A stretch of 64,000 bases of DNA from an uncultured Candidatus Saccharibacteria bacterium. GTDB lineage: Bacteria > Patescibacteriota > Minisyncoccia > Ryanbacterales > GWA2-47-10b. The notes below the pieces were generated by a model that saw only the letters and a list, made by a program, of their open reading frames with translations, was not told the origin of the DNA and did not search any database. How positions within the stretch are numbered: position 1 is the stretch's first letter; every line of letters starts with the position of its first letter. The stretch lies in contig CAYHJF010000001.1 in NCBI GenBank assembly GCA_964356915.1, forward strand, positions 77,743 to 141,742, given 5' to 3'. Positions 48,530-59,107 of the stretch are shown here, one piece after another. The position numbers and the translations under genes were made by a program.

Positions 48530-48918
48530 GATTTAACGAGCTCACAATCTTTGACGTTGAAACTTTTCAAAAGATCGCCCGGAGCTAAAATCTTTACACG
48601 TGGGGTCTTACCCGCAATACGATGAATAACTCCTCGCGCGACAAGTAACTTAGGAGTGATCGTTTCACCGGCTTTAAATTTGCGCACAATAATAGATGCT
48701 TTCACAGCTACGATTGTTTTTGGAGCAAATGTTTGATTATATCCCTTTTTCTTTGGGATTTTCTTAATCAAGTCGCGCATCTCAGGATAAATGCGTCGTC
48801 CTGCTCGCGCCTTCTGACCCTTGGTACCGCGCCCTGAAAACGTACCACGTTTACCACCACGGCCTCGGCGGATCTTGGTCTTTCTTGCACTATTTGATTT
48901 AAGAGTGTGGAGTTGCAT
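48526..48918 (-). CDS. rplO: ribosomal protein L15
   Basis: KIRRGRGGKRGTFSGRG motif. Confidence 0.88.
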   Translation of the reverse strand: MQLHTLKSNSARKTKIRRGRGGKRGTFSGRGTKGQKARAGRRIYPEMRDLIKKIPKKKGYNQTFAPKTIVAVKASIIVRKFKAGETITPKLLVARGVIHRIAGKTPRVKILAPGDLLKSFNVKDCELVKS

Positions 48919-49402
48919 GAACTTTAAATTTCTTAAGGGCCTCTATCGTAACCCGAGCATTATTAAGTTTATTTGTTGAGCGAGATAAAATTTTCGCGCT
49001 CGCATTTTCAATACCCGCGAACGCAAGAATCGAACGTACTGCACCTCCCGCTACCAAACCTCGACCTTCGCGAGCTGGCTTCAAAATTAAATGGGAGGAA
49101 CCAAAACGCGCCTCGACTTCGTAAGGCACAGATTTTGTTTTCGTAATCGGTACGTGAATATATGCTTTTTTCGCTGCTCGAAGTGCTTTCTCGATAGCCA
49201 AGGCTGTATCAGCACCTTTTGCAACACCAACGCCCACCTTGCCCGCTCTGTCTCCAGCAACAACGGTCGCGCGGAAACTGAACCGACGACCGCCAGCAAC
49301 AACACGCGCGACACGGCGTAAATCAACCATCCGATGTTCTACATCAGATGGTTCGCGACGCTTGCGCGGTTCACGGCCTCTATATTGTGATCGTTCTGCC
49401 AT
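48899..49402 (-). CDS. rpsE: ribosomal protein S5
   Basis: VVAGGRRFSFRATVVAGD and KGADTALAI motifs; overlaps the rplO start (no L30 gene between). Confidence 0.9.
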   Translation of the reverse strand: MAERSQYRGREPRKRREPSDVEHRMVDLRRVARVVAGGRRFSFRATVVAGDRAGKVGVGVAKGADTALAIEKALRAAKKAYIHVPITKTKSVPYEVEARFGSSHLILKPAREGRGLVAGGAVRSILAFAGIENASAKILSRSTNKLNNARVTIEALKKFKVHATPHS

Positions 49403-49405
49403 AAT

Positions 49406-49750
49406 TTAAAATATTAGTCCTCCTTGGCGCGCGCCCTCTGCGACCGCAGCAATTCTTCCGTGAAATCGAAAGCCGCCGCGATCAAATACGACTGCTGTGA
49501 CTCCCTTTTCTTTTGCTTTCTTCGCGATCTCAAGACCTATCGCGGTCGCACGCTCTGTTTTCGTGCCCTTCTGTACCTTCACATCGGAGGCACTCACAAT
49601 CGTAACCCCCTTTGCATCATCAATCAATTGTACTCGCAAGTATCGCACAGATCGAGAAACAGAAAGACGCGGGCGTGATGCGTCTCCCCAGATCTTTGCT
49701 CGCACGCGACGATGGCGTGCGATATGCTTTGTTTGTTTCGTGCGCTTCAT
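49406..49750 (-). CDS. rplR: ribosomal protein L18
   Basis: RHRRVRAKIWG...PRLSVSRS motif. Confidence 0.88.
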   Translation of the reverse strand: MKRTKQTKHIARHRRVRAKIWGDASRPRLSVSRSVRYLRVQLIDDAKGVTIVSASDVKVQKGTKTERATAIGLEIAKKAKEKGVTAVVFDRGGFRFHGRIAAVAEGARQGGLIF

Positions 49751-49753
49751 ATG

Positions 49754-50296
49754 TTATGCGGATCCTGTTGCCTTCTTACCAGCCTTGCGACGAATAACCT
49801 CACCTTGGTATCGGATACCCTTACCTTTGTACGGTTCGGGCTTCTTGAGAGCGCGAATCTTTGCAGCCGTACGCCCTACCAAGTCTTTCGAAATACCTGA
49901 AATAGTCACGGTATTTTTTTCAACAACAAAAGTAATACCCTCTGGTGCTGAAAAAAATACCGGATGTGAAAATCCAAGAGCAAATTGTAAATCTTTGCCC
50001 TTCAACTCAACTCGATATCCAACTCCCTCGAGCTCAAGCTTTTTCTCATATCCACTCACCACGCCGATAACCATGTTTGCGACCAACGCACGAAATGTAC
50101 CCCACAATTTCTTTGCCTGTCTACTTGTACGATTAAGAACAATCGTAACTTCACTGCCAGCGACATCAATGCGTACATCTGGATGAATCGCTAAAGAAAG
50201 TGATCCTTTAGGACCCTTTACTTCGATCTTTCCAGAGGTAACTTCTATAGTTACTCCGGTCGGAAGTGTAATAGGTTGTGCACCAACGCGACTCAT
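49754..50296 (-). CDS. rplF: ribosomal protein L6
   Basis: MSRVGAQPITLPTGV... two-domain L6. Confidence 0.9.
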   Translation of the reverse strand: MSRVGAQPITLPTGVTIEVTSGKIEVKGPKGSLSLAIHPDVRIDVAGSEVTIVLNRTSRQAKKLWGTFRALVANMVIGVVSGYEKKLELEGVGYRVELKGKDLQFALGFSHPVFFSAPEGITFVVEKNTVTISGISKDLVGRTAAKIRALKKPEPYKGKGIRYQGEVIRRKAGKKATGSA

Positions 50297-50305
50297 ATTA
50301 TATAT

Positions 50306-50701
50306 TTACCAGATTTCAAATAATACCTCTCCGCCAATACGACCTCTTCGCGCCTCCATACTCGTCATTAAACCCTTAGACGTAGAAATAATCTGAAGTC
50401 CGTGACGATGTCGAAATGGCTGCATCTCCGTTGACTTGCGATACACGCGACGCGCCTGCTTTGAAACGCGACGAGTACCTTCAATGCGTCCTCGCTTATC
50501 GTCAGCATATACGAGCTCGACTTCAATCATCTTGCGAGCACGCTTACCACGACGATCTGATTTGCCAATATATCCTTCGCGCTCCAAAAGCTTTGCAACT
50601 TCCCACGTAAGCGCCGAATAAGGAACCATTGTTGTTCCTCTACCGACAGCTTGCGCATTACGAATGCGGACTAAAAAGTCAGATAATAAATCTCTTACCA
50701 T
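50306..50701 (-). CDS. rpsH: ribosomal protein S8
   Basis: [10 protein letters not shown]-terminal motif. Confidence 0.9.
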   Translation of the reverse strand: MVRDLLSDFLVRIRNAQAVGRGTTMVPYSALTWEVAKLLEREGYIGKSDRRGKRARKMIEVELVYADDKRGRIEGTRRVSKQARRVYRKSTEMQPFRHRHGLQIISTSKGLMTSMEARRGRIGGEVLFEIW

Positions 50702-50880
50702 GATGATTTACGTACTCCTGGGATCATGCCGTCGTTAGCAAGTTCACGAAAACAGATACGACACAATTGAAACTCTCGCATGTACCCACGCTTTCGACCA
50801 CAACGAAAACATCGGCGCACTATCCGCGACGAGAATTTTGGTTTTCTTTCTGCTCGTACCCGTACCGATGTCTTAGCCAT
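50695..50880 (-). CDS. rpsZ: ribosomal protein S14 type Z (zinc-binding)
   Basis: 61 aa; CxxC...CRIC motif. Confidence 0.88.
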   Translation of the reverse strand: MAKTSVRVRAERKPKFSSRIVRRCFRCGRKRGYMREFQLCRICFRELANDGMIPGVRKSSW

Positions 50881-50905
50881 AAGTTTCGTGATTTTACGTT
50901 ATTTT

Positions 50906-51457
50906 TCAATCTTTTGCAAGCGGAAATCCGAGCGTTGTAAAAAGGATTTTTGCTCGTTCCCGAGAACCGGCGGTCGTTACTATACTCACCTGTAAACTAA
51001 AAATTCGACGCACATCCTCTCCAATCATTTCAGGAAAAATAATGTGCTCTCGAATCCCAATATGCATGTTCCCATGTTCATCGAGACCCTCTTCCTTCAA
51101 CCCACGGAAGTCGCGTGTACGTGGAATTGCTGACAAAACAAGACGATCAAGAAAGTCCCACATACGCTTCCCTCGCAACGTAACACGAAATCCGACTGTC
51201 ATACCTTTCCGCGACTTAAATGATGCGATCGCGATACGCGCGGGACGACCCTGAACTGCTTGCCCCGTAATCTGTACGAGAGCCTTACGAACATCTTCCC
51301 GCTCTTTTTCATCACGCGCACGTCCAACACCGACGTTAACAACGACTTTTTCAAGACGTGGCACGGCCATAACACTACGGCCCTTAAACGCCGGGATCGT
51401 TTCTTTTGTATATCGCTCTTTGAGGCTTACATTGGTCATGATAGATCTCCTCCACAT
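50906..51457 (-). CDS. rplE: ribosomal protein L5
   Basis: L5 fold motifs; the start is possibly internal ([10 protein letters not shown]). Confidence 0.9.
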   Translation of the reverse strand: MWRRSIMTNVSLKERYTKETIPAFKGRSVMAVPRLEKVVVNVGVGRARDEKEREDVRKALVQITGQAVQGRPARIAIASFKSRKGMTVGFRVTLRGKRMWDFLDRLVLSAIPRTRDFRGLKEEGLDEHGNMHIGIREHIIFPEMIGEDVRRIFSLQVSIVTTAGSRERAKILFTTLGFPLAKD

Positions 51458-51753
51458 TTCTTACAGATACGACTCTTGCTAGACCCCTCCATACGATACG
51501 CAACTCGAGTACCTTTACTACATCGAGGACATACAACAAGGAGACGAGATGCTGGAACAGGATGAGCAAGATTTACACGCTGACCCTTTTCCCCTGCACG
51601 ACGAGGTCGTGTATGGCGCACATGCATATTAATACCCTCAACGAGTACGCGGTCTTCTTCGGGATATACACGAACAACCTTACCCTTCTTACCGCGATCC
51701 TTACCTACTTGAATAAGTACTGTATCGCCTTTTTTAATCTTTGACCTGATCAT
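51436..51753 (-). CDS. rplX: ribosomal protein L24 (KOW) with C-terminal Zn-ribbon extension
   Basis: [25 protein letters not shown] motif; C-terminal CPRC...CKKC. Confidence 0.88.
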   Translation of the reverse strand: MIRSKIKKGDTVLIQVGKDRGKKGKVVRVYPEEDRVLVEGINMHVRHTRPRRAGEKGQRVNLAHPVPASRLLVVCPRCSKGTRVAYRMEGSSKSRICKKCGGDLS

Positions 51754-52115
51754 AGTACCTCCTCCGCAAGTGAAATAATCTTTGTATAACCGCGATCACG
51801 TAACTCTCGAGCAACAGGCCCAAAAATACGCGCACCTTTCGGCTCTTTCTTTTCAACTACAACGGCAGCATTGTCATCAAAGCGTATATATGAGCCGTCT
51901 TTTCGGCGGAAAGGATTGCGCTGACGTACAATCACTGCACGCACAATCTCTTTCTTCTTGAGCATTTTGCGTGGTTCAGCGGTCTGTACTGATGCAACAA
52001 CAAGATCCCCAATTTGAGCATACCGGCGTTTCGATCCTCCAAGCACCTTGAACACACGGATGATTTTGGCACCTGTGTTGTCAGCAACATTCAATAATGT
52101 TCGTGGTTGAATCAT
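51750..52115 (-). CDS. rplN: ribosomal protein L14
   Basis: [17 protein letters not shown]... Confidence 0.92.
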   Translation of the reverse strand: MIQPRTLLNVADNTGAKIIRVFKVLGGSKRRYAQIGDLVVASVQTAEPRKMLKKKEIVRAVIVRQRNPFRRKDGSYIRFDDNAAVVVEKKEPKGARIFGPVARELRDRGYTKIISLAEEVL

Positions 52116-52124
52116 ATACTTATA

Positions 52125-52361
52125 TTATTCGACTACTGCCCAGCGTTTTTCACGCGACATCGGGCGAATAGCACGGATCGTAACCTTCTGTCCCTCTTGA
52201 ATACTTGGATTTTCACAATGAGCTTTATATCGTTTCGTGGTGCGAATAAACTTACGATATTTCGGATGCTGCTTTAAACTTACAACCTCAACAATCACCG
52301 TCTTTTGCATTTTGGTGGACATAACCTTACCGGTCATTGTTTGAATATGTTTTTCGCTCAT
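52125..52361 (-). CDS. rpsQ: ribosomal protein S17
   Basis: GKVMSTKMQKTVIVEV... OB-fold motif. Confidence 0.88.
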   Translation of the reverse strand: MSEKHIQTMTGKVMSTKMQKTVIVEVVSLKQHPKYRKFIRTTKRYKAHCENPSIQEGQKVTIRAIRPMSREKRWAVVE

Positions 52362-52546
52362 GATTGTTTCTCCTGAAGCAGAGTCAAAATTCGTGCGCGA
52401 CCACGACGAAGTTCACGCGATTCTTTTACATTCTTTGATCGTGCGCGAAAGTGTTCGAACTGGATTTTGGAAATTTTCTCGCTCATCTCTTTAAGCAAGA
52501 CTTCCAATTCATTCGCTGATTTTATCCTTAATTCTTTCGTTTTCAT
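52358..52546 (-). CDS. rpmC: ribosomal protein L29
   Basis: 62 aa; ELR...EL...L helical protein at the conserved position. Confidence 0.8.
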   Translation of the reverse strand: MKTKELRIKSANELEVLLKEMSEKISKIQFEHFRARSKNVKESRELRRGRARILTLLQEKQS

Positions 52547-52956
52547 ACTCTCTCCACGATTTTTGTTCTAATCGGCATCTTCCCTCCCGCGCGTCGCAAC
52601 GCTTCACGCGCCGTATCACGAGGAATACCATCGATTTCAAATAGAATACGTCCTGGACGAACAGGAAACACGTAGTGATCAACACTACCCTTTCCGCCAC
52701 CCATCGTTACTTCTGGAGGACGCCTTGTAATTGGCTTGTCAGGGAAAATACGGATCCAAATCTTACCACCTCTTTGTACATATCGAGTCATCGCCTTACG
52801 CGCTGCTTCAATCTGACGAGAATTAATCCACGCAGCTCCATCAGCCTTCAAGCCATATGAACCGTACGCCAACGTAGTGCCACGCACCTCAACTTGGCGC
52901 TTGCGCGATCGTCCCTTCTGCCACTTCCGATATTTTACTTTTTTTGGTACCAACAT
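52543..52956 (-). CDS. rplP: ribosomal protein L16
   Basis: [16 protein letters not shown]... motif. Confidence 0.92.
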   Translation of the reverse strand: MLVPKKVKYRKWQKGRSRKRQVEVRGTTLAYGSYGLKADGAAWINSRQIEAARKAMTRYVQRGGKIWIRIFPDKPITRRPPEVTMGGGKGSVDHYVFPVRPGRILFEIDGIPRDTAREALRRAGGKMPIRTKIVERV

Positions 52957-52959
52957 ACG

Positions 52960-53610
52960 CTACTCTCCTTTCTTATCTTTATCAAATACTTCGCCCTTGT
53001 AGACCCAGACTTTGATGCCAATTGTACCGTAAGGAAGGGTTGCCGTATCGCGCGCAAAATCAACATCCGCACGAAGCGTCTGTAGAGGAATACGCCCTCG
53101 CTTTAACCATTCCCGACGACCCATCTCAGCTCCATCAAGGCGTCCCTTCAAATATATACGTACTCCTTCCACGCCCTGTGTCGTTATGGTCTTTTCGATT
53201 GTCTGTTTCAAAATACGGCGGAAAGGAAGACGCTTCTCAAGATCCTGAACAACCTGACGCGCAACAACGCGCGCGTCTGACTGCGGGTTACGGATTTCTT
53301 CAATTGATAATTTCAAATCCTTAAACCCGAATTTCTTTTGTAACTCGCGCTTGAGACGCTCTACTCCCTCACCTCCTCGCCCGATGATTAACCCTGGTCG
53401 CGGAGTCTTAATGATTACGTTGATCGCATTACGCGAACGCTCGATCTCAACTCCAGCGGCAAGCTGGGAGCGAAGACGCTTCATAATCCACTCCCGCATC
53501 ATTACATCTTCTTTAAGCGTTTTAGAAAAACCTTTCGCCTGAAACCAGCGCGATTTCCAATCGCGAAGCGTACCGATGCGGAATGAATATGGATGAACGC
53601 TGTGTGTCAT
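52960..53610 (-). CDS. rpsC: ribosomal protein S3
   Basis: KH domain plus C-terminal domain; HPYSFRIG N-terminus. Confidence 0.92.
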   Translation of the reverse strand: MTHSVHPYSFRIGTLRDWKSRWFQAKGFSKTLKEDVMMREWIMKRLRSQLAAGVEIERSRNAINVIIKTPRPGLIIGRGGEGVERLKRELQKKFGFKDLKLSIEEIRNPQSDARVVARQVVQDLEKRLPFRRILKQTIEKTITTQGVEGVRIYLKGRLDGAEMGRREWLKRGRIPLQTLRADVDFARDTATLPYGTIGIKVWVYKGEVFDKDKKGE

Positions 53611-53612
53611 AA

Positions 53613-53954
53613 TTATTTTTTAGCTTCCAACGTCAAAGTAATGTGACTTGTCTTTTTACGAATGCGTGACGCGCGACCATGTGCACGCGGCAAAGAACGC
53701 TTATACACCGGTCCCTCGTCAACGCGAATATCTTTAATCGTAAGTGTCTCTGAAGCTGGAACTTTTGCATTATGACGCACGTTTGCAACAGCACTCTTCA
53801 AAAGTTTCTCTATCGGATGAGCGCCACGTTTGACGATAATATGAAGCGCTTCAAACGCATCTTCAACTTCTCGTCCCTTGATTGCATCCGTCACCAAACG
53901 CACCTTGCGAGGCGCGATGCGAAGTCTGCGTAATTGTGAGGTAAAGAGTGCCAT
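53613..53954 (-). CDS. rplV: ribosomal protein L22
   Basis: IAPRKVRLV...I.G motif. Confidence 0.88.
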   Translation of the reverse strand: MALFTSQLRRLRIAPRKVRLVTDAIKGREVEDAFEALHIIVKRGAHPIEKLLKSAVANVRHNAKVPASETLTIKDIRVDEGPVYKRSLPRAHGRASRIRKKTSHITLTLEAKK

Positions 53955-53963
53955 AAATCTATA

Positions 53964-54287
53964 TTATTTTTTTGCTGCTTGCGCCGTCTCAGTAGCCTTT
54001 ACCTTTGCAGCTGCTTCAATTTCTTTTTGCATCTTACCACCATGACGCATAAATTTACGGGTTGGAGAGAACTCACCCAAACGGTGTCCGACCATTTCTT
54101 CCGTCACGCTGACAGAAATAAAATCACGACCATTATGTACGCCGAATGTATGGCCCACCATCTCAGGAGAAATCTGGGATGCGCGTGACCACGTCTTAAT
54201 AACCGTCTTTGAATTCGGGGTTGATGCTTTTACCTTCTTGAGAAGCTTCGGATCGATAAACGGTCCTTTTTTTAGTGATCGTGCCAT
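53964..54287 (-). CDS. rpsS: ribosomal protein S19
   Basis: [15 protein letters not shown] motif. Confidence 0.9.
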   Translation of the reverse strand: MARSLKKGPFIDPKLLKKVKASTPNSKTVIKTWSRASQISPEMVGHTFGVHNGRDFISVSVTEEMVGHRLGEFSPTRKFMRHGGKMQKEIEAAAKVKATETAQAAKK

Positions 54288-54296
54288 ATATATTCT

Positions 54297-55124
54297 TTAT
54301 TTTTTGCGACGTGAAATAATCAACATACGCGAGTATTTCTTCTTATTGCGAGTCTTCACGCCTCGTGTCCCTTTGCCCCAGAGGTTCTTAGGACGACGCG
54401 TACCACGCATCTGTCGACCTTCACCACCTCCATATGGATGATCAACGGGATTCATCGCAGAACCGCGTACCGTTGGGCGAATGCCCATATGTCGCGATCG
54501 ACCTGCTTTCCCAACATTTACAAACATATGCTCTTCATTTGAAAGACTCCCGATTGTTGCCCAACCACTTGCGGGCACCTTACGAACTTCTTTTGAAGGC
54601 ATTTTAATCGTCGTGTAGTCACCTTCATGACCAAGGATTTCGGCATTTGTACCCGCGGAACGAACTAACCGGCCGCCTCCATTTGGCTTCACTTCGATAT
54701 TATAAACGGGCGTTCCTGGAAGAAGCTTACCAATCGCCATCGCATTTCCCGCCTTTGGCTCAGCATCGATTGAATACAAAATTTCATCCCCGACTTTCAT
54801 ACTTTTACCAGCAAGGATATACCGCTTCTCGCCATCACGATATTGAGCAAGTGCGATAAACGTAGTGCGGTTTGGATCATACTCAATTGCAGCAATACGC
54901 GCAGGAACTTCTTTTTTATCGTACCCGAAAGAAACCAATCGATAGAGTCGCTTAGCACCAGCACCCTTATGACGAACGGTAATGCGTCCTACATTATTAC
55001 GCCCAACAGCGCGCTGAAAACCATGCGTAAGCGCTTTCTCCGGTTTTTTTTGCGTAAGCAATTTGCGGTACTCGATGACCGTCATGCCACGCACACCTGG
55101 TGATGTAGGACGAAGTATTTTCAT
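54297..55124 (-). CDS. rplB: ribosomal protein L2
   Basis: HKGAGAKRLYR and GGGEG motifs; 275 aa. Confidence 0.93.
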   Translation of the reverse strand: MKILRPTSPGVRGMTVIEYRKLLTQKKPEKALTHGFQRAVGRNNVGRITVRHKGAGAKRLYRLVSFGYDKKEVPARIAAIEYDPNRTTFIALAQYRDGEKRYILAGKSMKVGDEILYSIDAEPKAGNAMAIGKLLPGTPVYNIEVKPNGGGRLVRSAGTNAEILGHEGDYTTIKMPSKEVRKVPASGWATIGSLSNEEHMFVNVGKAGRSRHMGIRPTVRGSAMNPVDHPYGGGEGRQMRGTRRPKNLWGKGTRGVKTRNKKKYSRMLIISRRKK

Positions 55125-55126
55125 AA

Positions 55127-55552
55127 TTAAAAAATGTCGATAGCCTCGCCTTGACGCAAAGCTACCACGGCCTTCTTATAACCTTTCTTAACTCCCTCCG
55201 TCAACCCACGACGACGAGGTTTTTCATGTACTTTAACAACTTGAACATGCTCAACATGCACGCTGTACGTCTTTTCAACAGCACTTTTGATTTCTCGTTT
55301 TGTTGACTTTGGATGTACGCGAAACGTGTACTGACCATCTTCTGAAAGCATGCGGGCTCGTTCAGTAACATGAGGAGCGATAAGCGCAAATCGCCCAACG
55401 GAAATATTTAAAACAGCTGGAGCGACAACGTTCTTTTTTGTCTGAGTCTGAATCTCTTCTTTCTCTGGGCGACTATCGGAAATACGCGTCTTTTTGCGAG
55501 CCTCATTCTTCTCAACCTTTTCTTTCTTCTTTAAAAAATCAAATAATGTCAT
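55127..55552 (-). CDS. rplW: ribosomal protein L23 with Lys/Glu-rich N-terminal extension
   Basis: C-terminal L23 core (FRVHPKSTKREIK...VNV); 141 aa. Confidence 0.8.
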   Translation of the reverse strand: MTLFDFLKKKEKVEKNEARKKTRISDSRPEKEEIQTQTKKNVVAPAVLNISVGRFALIAPHVTERARMLSEDGQYTFRVHPKSTKREIKSAVEKTYSVHVEHVQVVKVHEKPRRRGLTEGVKKGYKKAVVALRQGEAIDIF

Positions 55553-55561
55553 ATATTTTCC

Positions 55562-56206
55562 TTACGCGGTAATTTTTTCAACGGCATCTTTAGTAATCAG
55601 AACGTACTTTGGAAGAAGTGCTGTTTCAGCATTAATATTGCGCGCCTGATCTACATCAATAAACGGGATGTTACGGATTGAACGTATAGTCGCAGACTCT
55701 GATGTACCCAAGAGAATAAGCGCGCGACCTCCGCGAATACCAAACTTCTCTGCACCAACTCCTGCGCTAAATACCTTAAGCGCTGATGCGGCAGTTTTTG
55801 TCTTTCCTTCAGGGAAAGTAATTTTATCAACAAACAAAATCTCGCCATCTTTCAATTTCTTTGAAAGAACTGTCGCGAGTGCCTTTCGACGAACCATCTT
55901 ATTAAGCTTGCGCTCATAAACTTTTTCCGTGCGAGGACCGTGCGTCGTGCCACCTCCAATCCATATTGGAGATCGAGTGGAACCGTGTCGCGCTCTACCG
56001 GTACCCTTTTGGCGCCATGGCTTCTTACCTCCACCGCGCACCTCTCCTCTCCCTTTCGTGTGAGCAGTACCGGCGCGTCGTGAAGATTGCAAGATAGTTA
56101 TAACCTCATGAACGAGCGTCGCGTTCCAACGAACACCAAAAATCTTATCAGAGACTTCAACTTCTCCTGTCTTTTTACCTTCGATATTGTAGAGCGGCGC
56201 TTTCAT
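55562..56206 (-). CDS. rplD: ribosomal protein L4
   Basis: L4 family; position between rplC and rplW. Confidence 0.88.
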   Translation of the reverse strand: MKAPLYNIEGKKTGEVEVSDKIFGVRWNATLVHEVITILQSSRRAGTAHTKGRGEVRGGGKKPWRQKGTGRARHGSTRSPIWIGGGTTHGPRTEKVYERKLNKMVRRKALATVLSKKLKDGEILFVDKITFPEGKTKTAASALKVFSAGVGAEKFGIRGGRALILLGTSESATIRSIRNIPFIDVDQARNINAETALLPKYVLITKDAVEKITA

Positions 56207-56214
56207 ACAAAAAA

Positions 56215-56760
56215 TTATGCGGTTATCTCCAAAAGCGTTCCTCGAGCGCCTGGTACAGCACCGCGAAGATAAAGCTGATTCTTTTCGATATCAATCTTGG
56301 CGACCTTCAAATTTCGAACGGTAATACGCTCTTGGCCCATGCGTCCACCCATGCGCGTTCCCTTAAGTACACGCTGAGGCCATACAGCTCCGATAGAGCC
56401 CGGTTCACGATGAGCATGCTTAGTACCGTGAGTCTTAGGAGCACCCTTGAAACCATGGCGCTTTACTACACCCTGGAAACCACGCCCCTTTGTAAGGCCG
56501 GAGACCTTAACAAAATCACCCAACGCAAAGACCGAAACGTCGATAGAAGCTCCATTTTCAAATGAACCCTCTGTAAGCTTGAACTCCTTTTTTACTCTTC
56601 CAGATTGTACCTGTATAGCCTTATACCCGTCTTTTTCATCAGTTTTGAGTTGAGTTACGGTCATCGGAGCCGACTGAACAATAGTCACAGGGACAACTGT
56701 GCCATCATCTTCAAATATTTGGGTCATGGTGACCTTTTTACCAAGTATGAATTTTTTCAT
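56215..56760 (-). CDS. rplC: ribosomal protein L3 (short, 181 aa)
   Basis: GRGFQGVVKRHGF and W...K...G motifs. Confidence 0.85.
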   Translation of the reverse strand: MKKFILGKKVTMTQIFEDDGTVVPVTIVQSAPMTVTQLKTDEKDGYKAIQVQSGRVKKEFKLTEGSFENGASIDVSVFALGDFVKVSGLTKGRGFQGVVKRHGFKGAPKTHGTKHAHREPGSIGAVWPQRVLKGTRMGGRMGQERITVRNLKVAKIDIEKNQLYLRGAVPGARGTLLEITA

Positions 56761-56940
56761 GGGTCAACTTGAGCTTTTAGCTTTTTGGGCTAACAAAATG
56801 CCCCGCTAGGGCGGAGCACTTTCTCCACCAACCTTTTCTAGAGTTGTTATCTAGAAAACATGGAGTATTTATAGCAGATCAGCATTCGCTTGTCTAGAGG
56901 CCAGAAAGGGTGGTTCCTAGTAACTGAAGTGCCAAGTACA

Positions 56941-56978
56941 TAAATAAAAATCCCCGAGAAAGTCTCTTCGGGGAAGTA
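56941..56978 (-). terminator. intrinsic terminator (minus strand) inside the rpsJ-rplC gap
   Basis: On the minus strand: ccccgaagagactttctcgggga followed by TTTTATTTAT. Confidence 0.5.
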
Positions 56979-57224
56979 ACATATAACTTACGGGAGTGCG
57001 GCAATAAATTCTCTCAGGAGTGCCGCTACAATGCGATCCAGATCCGGATCGTCTGTAGTCATCATGGAAAGTGCGCGTAACCGATCTTTCGCAGGATCGA
57101 ATACGTGCCCAATAACCCCCCCCTCCGACAGGCATATCGCATGATTTCTGAAAAAGTTGTAGCTTCTATAGAAAATCGATTCATGCGAACCTCCTCACGT
57201 AGACATACCATGCAAGCCCCCAAA

Positions 57225-57256
57225 ATCAAAATCCCCCGCGAGCGCGGGGGATTTTG
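57225..57256. terminator. bidirectional hairpin/terminator immediately downstream of rpsJ
   Basis: aaaatcccccgcgagcgcgggggatttt: perfect 9-bp GC stem with T/A runs on both sides. Confidence 0.55.
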
Positions 57257-57263
57257 TAGCAAT

Positions 57264-57593
57264 CTACATTTTTACTTCGACATCGACACCAGCAGGAAGG
57301 TTGAGATTTGTAAGCGCATCTACGATCTTTGATGTCGGCTCTATGATATCAACGATGCGTTTATGAACTCTAATTTCAAACTGTTCGCGAGCGTTTTTAT
57401 GAACGAAGGTTGAGCGATTAACCGTATACTTACGGATTTCCGTTGGAAGCGGCACCGGACCTACGATATTGCCACCGTATCGGCGAGCGGTATCGACAAT
57501 TTGGCGAACCGAAGAATCGATTACCTTATTGTCGTAGGCACGGATGCGAATCCGTAACTTACTTCCTTCTTGTTTATCTTTTGCAGTAGCCAT
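57264..57593 (-). CDS. rpsJ: ribosomal protein S10
   Basis: KLRIRIRAYD...VVDTARR...GPVPLPT motif. Confidence 0.9.
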   Translation of the reverse strand: MATAKDKQEGSKLRIRIRAYDNKVIDSSVRQIVDTARRYGGNIVGPVPLPTEIRKYTVNRSTFVHKNAREQFEIRVHKRIVDIIEPTSKIVDALTNLNLPAGVDVEVKM

Positions 57594-57612
57594 GCGCTCA
57601 ATCTGTAGTTAT

Positions 57613-58824
57613 TTATTTATCGATTTTTGTAACAACACCTGCGCCGACAGTCTTGCCACCTTCGCGGATAGCAAAGCGCTGTTTCTCTTCAAGGGCAACA
57701 GGATTGATTAATTTAACCTTAAACTTCATGGTATCGCCTGGCATAACCATTTCAGTACCCTCAGGCAAGGTTACATCACCCGTTACATCCGTTGTGCGGA
57801 TATAGAATTGAGGCTTATAACCATTGAAAAATGGTGTGTGACGACCACCTTCATCCTTGTTCAAGATATAGACCTCCGCTTCAAACTCTGTATGGGGGGT
57901 GACAGAGCCACCCTTTGCAAGCACCTGACCACGCTCAACATCCTCTTTCTTAAGCCCACGGAGAAGAAGTCCTGCATTATCTCCAGCCATACCTTCATCG
58001 AGCTGTTTATTAAACATTTCGATACCTGTAACGGTTGTCTTTGCGGTTGGCTTGATACCAATAATTTCGATATCTTCACCTACCTTGATCTTGCCGCGTT
58101 CAATACGACCTGTAACTACAGTACCGCGTCCTTCAATTGAGAAAACGTCCTCGACAGGCATAAGAAATGGTCTGTCAGTTTCACGAACTGGATCAGGAAC
58201 GTATGTATCAAGAGCTTCGGTCAACTTTAAGATTGCCTGAACTGCTGGATCGTCCTTTGAAGTTGCTTCGAGCGCCTTGAGCGCTGAACCCTTAATAATA
58301 GGGCACTCATCGCCTGGGAAATTGTACTTCGTAAGTAATTCGCGAATTTCCGTCTCCACGAGCTCTACGAGCTCTGGATCATCAACCGCATCAACCTTGT
58401 TGATGAATACGATTATTTTTGGAACACCAACTTGATACGCAAGAAGGATATGTTCACGAGTCTGAGGCATCGGACCGTCTGTTGCAGCAACAACAAGAAT
58501 CGCGCCGTCCATTTGAGCCGCACCCGTAATCATGTTTTTGATATAATCTGCGTGTCCTGGAGCATCGATATGTGCGTAATGACGTGTCGCAGTCTCATAT
58601 TCTGAGTGGTGAAGAGCGATTGTAATACCACGTGCGCGCTCTTCGGGCGCGTTATCAATCTGATCCACCTTTTCGAGGCGAACCTTATTACCCGCCAAGT
58701 TAAGCGAGTGGAGAATCGCAGCCGTAAGAGTCGTCTTACCGTGGTCAACGTGACCAATGGTACCGACATTTACGTGCGTCTTTGAACGTTCAAATTTTTC
58801 CGCTGCCATAAAAAATAAAGTCAA
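57613..58824 (-). CDS. tuf: elongation factor Tu
   Basis: [18 protein letters not shown] and NKVD GTPase motifs; 403 aa. Confidence 0.95.
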   Translation of the reverse strand: MTLFFMAAEKFERSKTHVNVGTIGHVDHGKTTLTAAILHSLNLAGNKVRLEKVDQIDNAPEERARGITIALHHSEYETATRHYAHIDAPGHADYIKNMITGAAQMDGAILVVAATDGPMPQTREHILLAYQVGVPKIIVFINKVDAVDDPELVELVETEIRELLTKYNFPGDECPIIKGSALKALEATSKDDPAVQAILKLTEALDTYVPDPVRETDRPFLMPVEDVFSIEGRGTVVTGRIERGKIKVGEDIEIIGIKPTAKTTVTGIEMFNKQLDEGMAGDNAGLLLRGLKKEDVERGQVLAKGGSVTPHTEFEAEVYILNKDEGGRHTPFFNGYKPQFYIRTTDVTGDVTLPEGTEMVMPGDTMKFKVKLINPVALEEKQRFAIREGGKTVGAGVVTKIDK

Positions 58825-59107
58825 AAACTAGAGCCAATAATACGAGCCTTAGAGCCCATTGCCATGAAAAGTCATGGCAAATAACGTACTGACCATAGTA
58901 AGGAAGGAGTGCCCTGCTGTCAATAGCTTTTGGAGCTACAAAGGAAGATCTTCAAGAGGGAGATTTTCGAGATCAATATCGTCTTCAGTCGCCTCCTTAG
59001 AGAAGGGAGCTTCGTTTTCTTTTTCAGTTTCTTTTTCGTTTGTTTCCATATTGGACACCGAAATCCTATCACAAAATGTCCGAAATATAAAAAGGCCCAT
59101 TGGGCCT

